Assembly: GCA_944359075.1 (NCBI GenBank) | Contig: CALVSR010000001.1 | Location: 1 to 47,002, forward strand | Length of the DNA stretch: 47,002 nt | From: an uncultured Bacilli bacterium | Lineage (GTDB): Bacteria > Bacillota_I > Bacilli_A > RF39 > UBA660 | Reading direction: 5' to 3' | Shown: positions 38,562 through 46,950 of the stretch, in pieces | Layout: each line of letters opens with the position of its first letter | Numbering within the stretch: the stretch's first letter is position 1 | Notes under the pieces: model-generated | What the model was told of the DNA's origin: nothing | Database searches by the model: none | Seen by the model: the letters and a program-made list of their open reading frames with translations, nothing else | Translations under genes and position numbers: made by a program

Positions 38562-40520
38562 TTATTTTATTTCGTACCTTTTTACTAGGGTGTTTTCTTT
38601 CTCACCCGTACGTAGTTGCTCCTTTAATATGGAAACATAAAATGGATTAGTACTAATATAATGAATACCAATACTATTAAAAAATTCTAAATTTTCTAGA
38701 TAATTTGTATGTTCTCCACAAATACCAATATTAATATTTTTATTTCCTACTTTAGCTCTATAAATTGCTTCATTCATGAACCATTTTACTTCTTCATTTA
38801 AATAGCAAAAATCTGTATCTCTTATATCTCTCGACTTTTTCGTCACACTTTCTGTTAAATCATTTAATCCAAAAGATATAAAATGTACCAGTTGTGCAAT
38901 CTTATCGCACTGATATATCGATTCTAAATTTTCTATCATAGCTCCTAATCTGTAGTCTATTTTGTAAGAATTGTTTATATCTGAAATAACATTTTTTATA
39001 TACTCTAGAGAATACAAATCCTCTATATAGGGAACTAAGATACTTACCTTTCCACTGTATTTACTACATATTTCAAAAATAGCTTCTATCTGAGCTTTTA
39101 ATAGTTTAGTATGATGATATTCAAAATATTTTGCTCCTCTTATATTTATATCAAAATCCCAGTAATAGTGTTCCTCTAATTCTTCTCTTGTCATTACAAA
39201 ATATTTTAAAATATCTTGGATTCTAAAATCAAATAATCTTACTGTTATGGCTTCATCAGTAAAACTACTAAAAATTAATTCTAATAATTTTTTTTGTTTC
39301 TCTTTAAAATCTTCCAATAAGTTATCATTAACCTCATAATCATCTAATAAAAATAGTGAAATATATTTTTCTTTCTTTTTTCTTGAGTAAAATAAGGTTT
39401 CTGTTCTAACTAATCCAATCCCATCTCGGTTGGTAGCTAAGGTTTGTTCTATCATTTCCTTTGTATCAGCGTTTGCTAAAATCATCAGATTAGAATCCTT
39501 TTTTTCATATTCAGAAATAATAGTTTTAGCAAGAATGGGATCTCCAAATCCATTTATTTTTGCTCTACCTTTTTCATTAACTTGAAAAGAATTTCCATCT
39601 ATATCACAAGCTAAAGTTAAATCCATATCCTCTAATTTTGCAATAGAGTGCATTAAATTGCATACTTTTTGATGACCAAACTTTGTCCGTGTTGCATCCA
39701 CTTTACTCAAGTCAATTACTTCATCGATAGTAGCATTTCTTAAATTAGCATATTTGATACTATCTTTATTTTGATTGACATTAATTAATCTTACTTTTCT
39801 TGTATTACTACTTAAATTAATACACGATGAAGCTGCTCTGCTACAGTCAATAATTATTTCTCCTTCAAATGGAAAGGGAAACCTATCTATATCTCTTACA
39901 TTAGAATAATGTCCGCTAATAGCAACATTATTTTCAAATTCGTAAACTCTTCTACCAACATTGACCCATTGTTTATATTTTTTATCATCTGGAGCAATAT
40001 TCATATAGGCTTCTCTTGCTGACATAGTTCCATCCATTACCTGTTTCACATCTTTTTCACGAAAACCTAAAATAACCATAGATTTGATAAATAATTTTAT
40101 CCTTTCTTGCTTTGATAATTCTTCCCACCCATCTGCATATACATACTCTAATTCCGGTTCATAGATTTCACTATTTTTAGGTTTTAATAAGTCTGTAGAA
40201 GTATAATTATTTTTATCATCTACATTAAACATAATTGCATAATCAAACTCTAATTTATCATCTATTACTTGCCCAACTGTCAATCCTAGTTGAGTATACA
40301 TCCTACATTCAGAGTGATTAGCATACCCACGATGGCCCCACACAATTCCATCTTTTATTCGAAAAGTATCATAACTTTTGTGATTATAGGTATAGAGACG
40401 CGGAAACAAATCACACTCAAAACCAATATAATCTAATTTATCCTCATATAAATCATAAGCAAAAGAAATTAACTTTACTAGTTCTGGTTCTTCATTCTTA
40501 TAACCGTTATCTAACAACAT
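38562..40520 (-). CDS. Unrecognised 340-aa N-terminal region fused to a PPDK-type PEP/pyruvate-binding TIM-barrel domain (no phosphohistidine or ATP-grasp domain)
   Basis: aa ~345-640: ILANADT..DGIGLVRTETLFY; ITVRLFDF; RLGAMIENLES; FISFGLNDLTESV..SRD; IGICGEHTNYLENLEFFNSIGIHYISTNPFYVS. These align motif-for-motif with the C-terminal domain of pyruvate phosphate dikinase / PEP synthase. No TSHAA-type swivel-domain motif anywhere. Confidence 0.65.
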   Translation of the reverse strand: MLLDNGYKNEEPELVKLISFAYDLYEDKLDYIGFECDLFPRLYTYNHKSYDTFRIKDGIVWGHRGYANHSECRMYTQLGLTVGQVIDDKLEFDYAIMFNVDDKNNYTSTDLLKPKNSEIYEPELEYVYADGWEELSKQERIKLFIKSMVILGFREKDVKQVMDGTMSAREAYMNIAPDDKKYKQWVNVGRRVYEFENNVAISGHYSNVRDIDRFPFPFEGEIIIDCSRAASSCINLSSNTRKVRLINVNQNKDSIKYANLRNATIDEVIDLSKVDATRTKFGHQKVCNLMHSIAKLEDMDLTLACDIDGNSFQVNEKGRAKINGFGDPILAKTIISEYEKKDSNLMILANADTKEMIEQTLATNRDGIGLVRTETLFYSRKKKEKYISLFLLDDYEVNDNLLEDFKEKQKKLLELIFSSFTDEAITVRLFDFRIQDILKYFVMTREELEEHYYWDFDINIRGAKYFEYHHTKLLKAQIEAIFEICSKYSGKVSILVPYIEDLYSLEYIKNVISDINNSYKIDYRLGAMIENLESIYQCDKIAQLVHFISFGLNDLTESVTKKSRDIRDTDFCYLNEEVKWFMNEAIYRAKVGNKNINIGICGEHTNYLENLEFFNSIGIHYISTNPFYVSILKEQLRTGEKENTLVKRYEIK

Positions 40521-40683
40521 AATATGATTCCTCCTTCATATTACCAAGATAAATATTTACCATATTTGGTATCCTTTATGATAACTTATTCTCAATTCAA
40601 AATCTAGTAATATTACTTCATTTACTGTCTCTGATTTTTATAGTAAAACGAAATTATATTACCACCAACAATATTATACTAAA

Positions 40684-40722
40684 GAAAAAAAGATACTTCT
40701 ATCTATTTTAGAAATATCTTTT
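40684..40722 (-). terminator. Strong Rho-independent terminator after the ATPase/Cys-ladder operon
   Basis: Minus-strand AAGAUAUUUCU-9 nt-AGAAGUAUCUU (11 bp with one G-U pair) followed by a U7 run. Confidence 0.7.
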
Positions 40723-40763
40723 GTTAGCTGTTTAAGGAACCCAACATTATTCTAAACTTCGTT

Positions 40764-41462
40764 TCATGACTCCATAATCCAATTAATTATTTCTTTCTTA
40801 ATCATATAGTATTCTTCCTCTTCAAATTGCATATTTGCAATACAAAATCTTTTATTAGAAATATGAGAGCAAAAAATACACTCATATAAATTGGAACAAT
40901 CTTGAATAAATAAAGAATTACTGATTTTACCAGAACATATTACATTATAACTATTGCTACAGCTATTAGAATCATCTACTCGAATACAAAAATTTAAATT
41001 CGTACTTCTCTGACTAGCTAACGTATAAGTACTATCATAACATCCATCGCAAAAAATAATATTGTTGCTATCCCCGCAGTTTGTTGACTGATAAACATTT
41101 TCACACCGATAGATAGGGTCACTTTTTATAACATTGGTAGAATTATAAACTCTTTCTGTTGTTGTATAGTTAATACTTTTCCATATGCTGATAATATCTT
41201 CTAAATTATTTACCTCTTTTTTAGGTTGCATCCATCCTTTTTCATTGTCCCAAGTTTCACTATTATTATTGGTAATATACTGATGAGAGTTGATATTAGC
41301 AGTCCAAGTAACTTCATTCGTAGTAGAATCATATACTTGTTTTGGTAGTTTAATATCAAAAGCATATTTATTTAATATTTCCTCTAAAGAATTGGTATTA
41401 TTTTGTTCAAATACATTATTAAAAATTTTATTAATTATTTCCAAAGCTTTCCTATCATTCAT
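40764..41462 (-). CDS. 232-aa protein with C-terminal Cys/Asn/Ser-rich ~9-residue ladder repeats
   Basis: 11 Cys, all within aa 120-207 (positions 120, 129, 138, 141, 159, 168, 176, 189, 195, 198, 207). The ATG overlaps the ATPase stop (ATGA). Confidence 0.6.
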   Translation of the reverse strand: MNDRKALEIINKIFNNVFEQNNTNSLEEILNKYAFDIKLPKQVYDSTTNEVTWTANINSHQYITNNNSETWDNEKGWMQPKKEVNNLEDIISIWKSINYTTTERVYNSTNVIKSDPIYRCENVYQSTNCGDSNNIIFCDGCYDSTYTLASQRSTNLNFCIRVDDSNSCSNSYNVICSGKISNSLFIQDCSNLYECIFCSHISNKRFCIANMQFEEEEYYMIKKEIINWIMES

Positions 41463-43318
41463 TATTTTAATTCCTTTCTACTGGTAGAAGTTTCTTTTAA
41501 AATATCATTTAATTTTACATCACATTTAAAAGAAAACCTCTTTTTTAATGGAGATACTTCTTCTAATGAAGTATCATGATTCTTCTCACTTCTTTTTCTC
41601 GGAACAGATATAAAATCTAAAGTTGTACCTTTCATGGCAGAATATAAAACAGTTCCATTACTAATACGAACAATGCAAGTTCGATTGGGTAATTCTGTTA
41701 ACAATTTTATTTTATATTCTTTCGTATTTTCTAACGGTATATTGATATCAAAACTATCTACTAACAAATTAGCATCTAATTTAGATACACGAAAAATATA
41801 ATAATTTAAGACATTGGCAAATATTGCATCCTTTACTTCTTGACTAACTTGATTTAAATACTGTCCTGCTACAAATAATGACAAATTATATTTTCTAGCT
41901 TCTGATAAAAATCTACATACAATAGGATTTTCAATAATAGAAATTTCATCTAAAACAAAAATAATATGTTCAGAATAAGTATAAGACTGTACTAATCCTA
42001 ATAACTGTTGCATCACTAATCCCGAAATCGTTTTCGTGATTTTATCTCCTAATTTAATTCTATCTAATGAAAGAATTGTTAGAAAGTTGTCTTGAATACT
42101 TTCTTTTAAAGTACTAAAATTCATTTTATCTTCTCCAAATACTGGTAATAGTTGCATCTCATCTATAAAAGAAATAATAGGTGAAATAGCTTCTCCATAA
42201 AAATTTGTCTTTATAGAACTAAAATCATTCAAAAAGAATTCTAATACATTAACTGGCAATTTCATCTTATATTCTCGAAGTAAACTCGATCGAAACTCTA
42301 CGTCTAATAACAATTTTCTTAAAACAGCAAAATTAAAATTTTTACTGATTAATAAAAAGGAAATGGAATATCTTAATACTCTTTCTAATTTAGAATTATA
42401 TTGATCTGCTATTAATGTTTTAAATAGCGATAAAAATAGTTCTGTTTGAGAGACATAATCATCACTGATCGATTCAAATAAAGAAATAGTATCTTCTTCT
42501 TTTTTAAAATCAATAATCCTAGTATCTAAAAGGGCTCCAATATCTTTTTCTAAAGAGGCATGAGGATCGATTACTACAATTTTATATTTTAACTTCTGTT
42601 CTTTATTTTGATAAATACTATTTACAAGTAGACTAATAAATTTACTTTTTCCGCTACCACTAGAACCTAATATTAGAGAATGGCGATTAAAATCATAACT
42701 ATTTTGATCTAAGTAATAATTTCCTTGTAAATACGGAAATGTATCAATTTGTAAGATAGCAGAACCAGAGTTTTGGTTTAAAAGATTTAACTGCTTTTCT
42801 ATTTTTAAATATTTGGGTACTTTTGGATAAAAGAAACGTTTATTTTTATCAAAATCAATACTAGCAAAAAAAGAAGGAATGATAAAACATTTTCTTTTTT
42901 CTATTTTGTCGTGATAGTCAAAGTATAAAGAAGAAAAAGATAAAAAGCGATTTTTAGAAATTGGCAAAATTTCAATCACAATATATTTTAAGATTCTATT
43001 TTTTTTACTTTCGTAGTAACTATAAATATCCGCAAAATTATCATTTAAATCACAAATTACTGGAAACTTTTTTTTGATACCGATAGATAGAATTTCTTCT
43101 TTTTCTATTTTCTTTAATAAAAAATCTTCCATATTATTAATTGTAGTCGGCAACACATGATTACTTTCTATTAAATAACGGATTTTATTTTTTTCACAAC
43201 AGATAATAAGATTCCATTTTCGAAAATAGCCATTATATTTAGAAATAATATGAATAAAATCTAGCCATTTTTCGTGTGAAACATTTGAGTTGGTTAAATA
43301 AATTTCTGTTAAAACCAT
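41462..43318 (-). CDS. Soluble HerA/FtsK/VirD4-like (DUF87-like) P-loop NTPase with unrecognised 215-aa N-terminal domain
   Basis: Walker A GSSGSGKS (aa 218-225), VVIDPH, a ~190-aa insert, Walker B IIFVLDE (aa 452-458), EARKYNLSLFVAGQ. No TM segment. Confidence 0.75.
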   Translation of the reverse strand: MVLTEIYLTNSNVSHEKWLDFIHIISKYNGYFRKWNLIICCEKNKIRYLIESNHVLPTTINNMEDFLLKKIEKEEILSIGIKKKFPVICDLNDNFADIYSYYESKKNRILKYIVIEILPISKNRFLSFSSLYFDYHDKIEKRKCFIIPSFFASIDFDKNKRFFYPKVPKYLKIEKQLNLLNQNSGSAILQIDTFPYLQGNYYLDQNSYDFNRHSLILGSSGSGKSKFISLLVNSIYQNKEQKLKYKIVVIDPHASLEKDIGALLDTRIIDFKKEEDTISLFESISDDYVSQTELFLSLFKTLIADQYNSKLERVLRYSISFLLISKNFNFAVLRKLLLDVEFRSSLLREYKMKLPVNVLEFFLNDFSSIKTNFYGEAISPIISFIDEMQLLPVFGEDKMNFSTLKESIQDNFLTILSLDRIKLGDKITKTISGLVMQQLLGLVQSYTYSEHIIFVLDEISIIENPIVCRFLSEARKYNLSLFVAGQYLNQVSQEVKDAIFANVLNYYIFRVSKLDANLLVDSFDINIPLENTKEYKIKLLTELPNRTCIVRISNGTVLYSAMKGTTLDFISVPRKRSEKNHDTSLEEVSPLKKRFSFKCDVKLNDILKETSTSRKELK

Positions 43319-43412
43319 ACTACCACCCTCTGAGGAAAATATAATAAATATTCATTCTATATTAAAAGAAAAATTATATTTTCATATTATACATATAGAT
43401 ACTTGGCAAATT

Positions 43413-43826
43413 CTAGGAAGTTAGAAAGTGTATTTTTATTTCTATATTTTTATTTCCATCAATATACTCTAATTCATAATCATATTTTCTATTATAGCAA
43501 TCAATTTCCTTTTCATATATTTCTTTAAGATTTTGTTCTTTCCCTTTAAATATTTCCCATTCCTCTATTTTTGGCAAATCAACTTCGATATAGCAGACAT
43601 CAAGACCATTTTTAGAAAAATCAATAGATTTTAATTTCTGTAATGTATCTTCATCATCAATTACACCTAAAGCATAATCAAAATAATTTTCAGTCCAATT
43701 CATGCCAAGACCAACTATCTTCTCATTATCTAGAATAGATGTTGCTGTATCCCAAAATTTACCTAATACATCAACCTGCTCCCAATCAATACACCTAACT
43801 CTTGTCTTATAACCTTTATATATCAT
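43413..43826 (-). CDS. GyrI-like / AraC effector-binding-domain-like small protein
   Basis: 137 aa. Pattern W..........G......YALGV...........IP.G.W..F.G is weakly GyrI-like. Overlaps the upstream GNAT stop. Confidence 0.4.
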   Translation of the reverse strand: MIYKGYKTRVRCIDWEQVDVLGKFWDTATSILDNEKIVGLGMNWTENYFDYALGVIDDEDTLQKLKSIDFSKNGLDVCYIEVDLPKIEEWEIFKGKEQNLKEIYEKEIDCYNRKYDYELEYIDGNKNIEIKIHFLTS

Positions 43827-44428
43827 ATTTTTATTCTTCCCTTCACTATACCATCTTTCTTCATTAATTCTATACTCCTCTCATGTTCATCGTCTGCGCC
43901 CTTAATATTAATAAATTGATTATTCCAATGGTCTATAGGTTCATCGCATAAACTACAACCAAATATTTTGCATTTTCCTTCTATAATGTCATATTGATCA
44001 TCTTCTGGATTCATATAGTATTCTCCTATTTCCATTGTCTTCTGATAAAATGGTTGTGCTTCTTTATTCCAAGCTTCATATGTATACAATCTTAAAAATT
44101 TTTTACGATATTGTTTTGCTATTACTAATATATCTTGAAACATTTGCGTTCCAAATCCTTTATGTCTATAGTTTTCTAATAATCCAAACCAACTTAACCA
44201 TATCGTATCAGGGTATTCTTTCATTTCATATAGCCCAATTACTCCAATAGGGGAATTATCATAATAAACTAGAAAATTAATAGGAAGATTATTGTGATTA
44301 TTTAACGATTCTAAATATTGATAATAAGCACTTGCGTAAGGAAAAATTTGATACTGTACTTGAGCGGCAAGTTTTATATTCTCATGGTTGATTCTTTCAT
44401 ATTTTAAATTTTTATTTTGATTCTCCAT
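43823..44428 (-). CDS. GNAT family N-acetyltransferase
   Basis: ENYRHKGFGTQMF motif A. Confidence 0.75.
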   Translation of the reverse strand: MENQNKNLKYERINHENIKLAAQVQYQIFPYASAYYQYLESLNNHNNLPINFLVYYDNSPIGVIGLYEMKEYPDTIWLSWFGLLENYRHKGFGTQMFQDILVIAKQYRKKFLRLYTYEAWNKEAQPFYQKTMEIGEYYMNPEDDQYDIIEGKCKIFGCSLCDEPIDHWNNQFINIKGADDEHERSIELMKKDGIVKGRIKI

Positions 44429-44469
44429 TTATTCTAATATTCTCCTTTACATCATTTTTTGATTTTTAT

Positions 44470-44979
44470 TTATTTTATCTTCTTTTCCCATAATACTCCT
44501 TCATATGGTTCCGTAAATTCTCCTCTATTTTCAAATCCGCAGTTTTTCCAATATTCATTAATTTTCGGATTTTGCTTTACGCAATCTAATCGCAAAACTG
44601 ATATCTTATTGTTCCTAGCCAATTTTTCAATAAAATCGAGCATTTTAATACCAATTCCGTGATAATCCACTTTTCCAATAAAGTGATGAATATAATAGGC
44701 ATTTAAATGATCAAGCCAATATTCTGAGTCTATATTTTTTAGTAAAAATGACCCAATTACTTCTTCTCCCTGCTTAGCAACATACAATTGATATTTTTTC
44801 ATTACTTTTAAAAAATACCTTTGATTATATCTTTGCGTATAATAACATTCATCCCATTGATAGATATGATGACTGTAGAACCATTTACATCTTTCTTTAA
44901 AAAGATCTAAAATCAAAGGGATATCCGCTTTTTTTGCCAATTGTATATTTAGTTCATCTTTATCCATAATTAGCATCAC
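44470..44979 (-). CDS. GNAT family N-acetyltransferase
   Basis: VDYHGIGIKMLDFIEKLA motif A. Overlaps the nitroreductase stop. Confidence 0.8.
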   Translation of the reverse strand: MMLIMDKDELNIQLAKKADIPLILDLFKERCKWFYSHHIYQWDECYYTQRYNQRYFLKVMKKYQLYVAKQGEEVIGSFLLKNIDSEYWLDHLNAYYIHHFIGKVDYHGIGIKMLDFIEKLARNNKISVLRLDCVKQNPKINEYWKNCGFENRGEFTEPYEGVLWEKKIK

Positions 44980-45545
44980 TCCATGATATCCTCTAATGTT
45001 TTCTTTTTTCTTTCATATGGAAATTCTATAGAATAGCCAATCGCTACAGCAGATACTAATTCCATATCTTCGTGACCTACTTCCTGGGCTATTTCTTTTC
45101 TAGTATAGACAATATCTCTAATCCATAAAGAACCTAAATTCAAATCCGTTGCTCTTAAGCAAATGTGTTCTATAGCACTACCGATTGATAAATAATCGCC
45201 TTCTAACCACTTTTCATTAGGACATCTAAAGACCAATATTAGAATCGGTGCTTCATGAATAACCTTTATACTTCCTGCTAAACTGCTAGTAGCAATATGT
45301 GGTTTCGTTGCTTTTTCTATACTATTTATATTATCTTTCTGCTTACATAATTGTTTTTCCATGATATCTGCTATTTTATTTTTCATATCTTTTTCTACAA
45401 CAACAAAATACCAATTTTGCCTATTTGCAGCTGATGGAGAGAGTCTTGCACATTCTATTAAATCGGCTATCTTTTCTTTTTCTATTTCTTTATGACTAAA
45501 TTCTCTTGTACTTCTTCTTTTCTCCATTACTTCTCTTAGTTCCAT
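44976..45545 (-). CDS. Nitroreductase family protein
   Basis: N-terminal RRSTREF and PSAANRQNW motifs. Confidence 0.85.
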   Translation of the reverse strand: MELREVMEKRRSTREFSHKEIEKEKIADLIECARLSPSAANRQNWYFVVVEKDMKNKIADIMEKQLCKQKDNINSIEKATKPHIATSSLAGSIKVIHEAPILILVFRCPNEKWLEGDYLSIGSAIEHICLRATDLNLGSLWIRDIVYTRKEIAQEVGHEDMELVSAVAIGYSIEFPYERKKKTLEDIME

Positions 45546-45589
45546 TTTTTAACACTCCTCAATTTATATAAAGATATCATGTGATTGCA

Positions 45590-45620
45590 TAAAAAAACTG
45601 ACTTTTTTAAAATCAGTTTT
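45590..45620 (-). terminator. Rho-independent terminator after the AraC-family gene
   Basis: AAACTGA/TCAGTTT stem followed by a T-run in the minus sense. Confidence 0.55.
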
Positions 45621-45624
45621 GTCA

Positions 45625-46422
45625 CTATTCAATCGGTACTAAAAAATCAGTAACGCCATCATGATAATATTCTAATTCTGGTAGTTCTCTTAAATTATAC
45701 TTACAACTAGGTAAAAACTCATAGTAAAATTCATGAGAAACTTTTTGCATATCTACTGCCTTGGTATTAGGAATATGAAATAATAACCATTTACACTTAG
45801 GAAATTCTATTTTTTCAAATTCTTCTATTTCTTTTCTCCATAATATCCAATATTCAAAATTGCCACTATTAAAACGATCTTCATACAATACCATACCATA
45901 ATCAAATGAACCATATTTATTACCGTATAATTCATTCATATTTTCACAGAAAGATGGAGCATCTTTAGAAATCGTATTTTCTGTAGTTTTCATTCCTTTT
46001 CCATATAAAGTAAAAGCATCTAAGGTAATAATCTTATATTCCATTTCTGACTTTGTATTTATTTGCTCTTTAAAATACATTTTAGGATAATTTTTTATTA
46101 CCTTTTCTTTCCTTATCTGACTAGGTTTGATACCATGAAACTTTTGAAAAGCTCTAGAAAAAGAAGTAGGATTCTCATACCCATATTTAAAAGCAATCTC
46201 TATTATTTTTTCTTGATTATATAAAATATCATATCCAGCTTGCGATAATCTTCTTTTTCGAATATATTCAGCTAATGAAATATTACATAATAAACTAAAC
46301 AGTCTTTGCATTGTATATTCATTTACACCTAGTATTCTAGATAATTTAGTATAAGAGATATCCTTATCTAAGTTTTCTTCAATATAATCCATCATTTTAT
46401 TTAATTCATGATAAATATTCAT
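45625..46422 (-). CDS. AraC family transcriptional regulator with GyrI-like effector domain
   Basis: HTH_18 region ISYTKLSRILGVNEYTMQRLF...YENPTSFSRAFQKFHGIKPSQ, with a C-terminal ~150-aa effector-binding-like domain. Confidence 0.9.
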   Translation of the reverse strand: MNIYHELNKMMDYIEENLDKDISYTKLSRILGVNEYTMQRLFSLLCNISLAEYIRKRRLSQAGYDILYNQEKIIEIAFKYGYENPTSFSRAFQKFHGIKPSQIRKEKVIKNYPKMYFKEQINTKSEMEYKIITLDAFTLYGKGMKTTENTISKDAPSFCENMNELYGNKYGSFDYGMVLYEDRFNSGNFEYWILWRKEIEEFEKIEFPKCKWLLFHIPNTKAVDMQKVSHEFYYEFLPSCKYNLRELPELEYYHDGVTDFLVPIE

Positions 46423-46523
46423 ATATTACACTACTCTTTTCTATCTTTTATTTAGTTTTAATACATAGCATTTTCGATACTCATAACACTCACCATTTTT
46501 TAATCAAAAATTCTAATCTCCTA

Positions 46524-46551
46524 TATGTTTTGACACAAGTATCAAAACATA
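46524..46551. promoter_or_regulatory. Perfect 10-bp inverted repeat (candidate operator or hairpin)
   Basis: TATGTTTTGA-8 nt-TCAAAACATA, about 100 bp upstream of the AraC-family start. Confidence 0.3.
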
Positions 46552-46620
46552 GGCGGATTTATAAAAATATTTTTATGGATTTATTATGTTCGATTGTTTA
46601 ATTATTTATAATATGTTACC

Positions 46621-46634
46621 ATTCCTATAGGAAT
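46621..46634. promoter_or_regulatory. Perfect 14-bp palindrome ATTCCTATAGGAAT
   Basis: Read directly from the sequence. Lies between a TATAAT box (46607-46612) and the small ORF at 46693. Confidence 0.3.
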
Positions 46635-46692
46635 ACTTAGTTAGTTTAGGTACTATTCTCCTTTACTTTGAAAAGTGGAAGGAGGTGAAATT

Positions 46693-46785
46693 ATGAGAAA
46701 TATAGAGAAATATCTCTGTACCATCATAATACTCCTTATTATTGTGATTTTAATCATATTAATAAAAATAGTACCAACTGTATAA
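46693..46785 (+). CDS. 30-aa hydrophobic peptide
   Basis: GGAAGGAGGTGA RBS 4-5 nt upstream. MRNIEKYLCTIIILLIIVILIILIKIVPTV. A terminator follows. Below the ORF-track cutoff. Confidence 0.35.
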   Translation: MRNIEKYLCTIIILLIIVILIILIKIVPTV

Positions 46786-46810
46786 GTCGGTACTAAACCT
46801 ATATTTTTTT

Positions 46811-46852
46811 GGAATAGTGCCTAACTCTTCAAAATTAGGTATTCCTTTTTTA
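46811..46852 (+). terminator. Rho-independent terminator after the small ORF
   Basis: GGAATA(GTG)CCTAA-loop-TTAGGTATTCC followed by a T6 run. Confidence 0.5.
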
Positions 46853-46885
46853 TTTTATGCAAGTTTCCTTGACATATTCATAATA

Positions 46886-46916
46886 ACATAAAAACGACTT
46901 TTTGACAAGTCGTTTA
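46886..46916 (-). terminator. Rho-independent terminator for the gene entering from the right edge
   Basis: AAACGACTT/AAGTCGTTT perfect 9-bp stem. The minus sense is followed by UUUUUAUGUUAUU. Confidence 0.5.
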
Positions 46917-46950
46917 AACATAAATTCAGGATAAACGCATGAAATTTTAA

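Noticed and set aside
41462-43318. The 618-aa ATPase as the missing pilus assembly ATPase (PilB)
   Set aside because: It lacks the PilB/GspE hallmarks (GPTGSGKST Walker A context, Asp and His boxes, tetracysteine motif). Its Walker A-insert-Walker B layout and RK..L....Q motif are of the HerA/VirD4 type.
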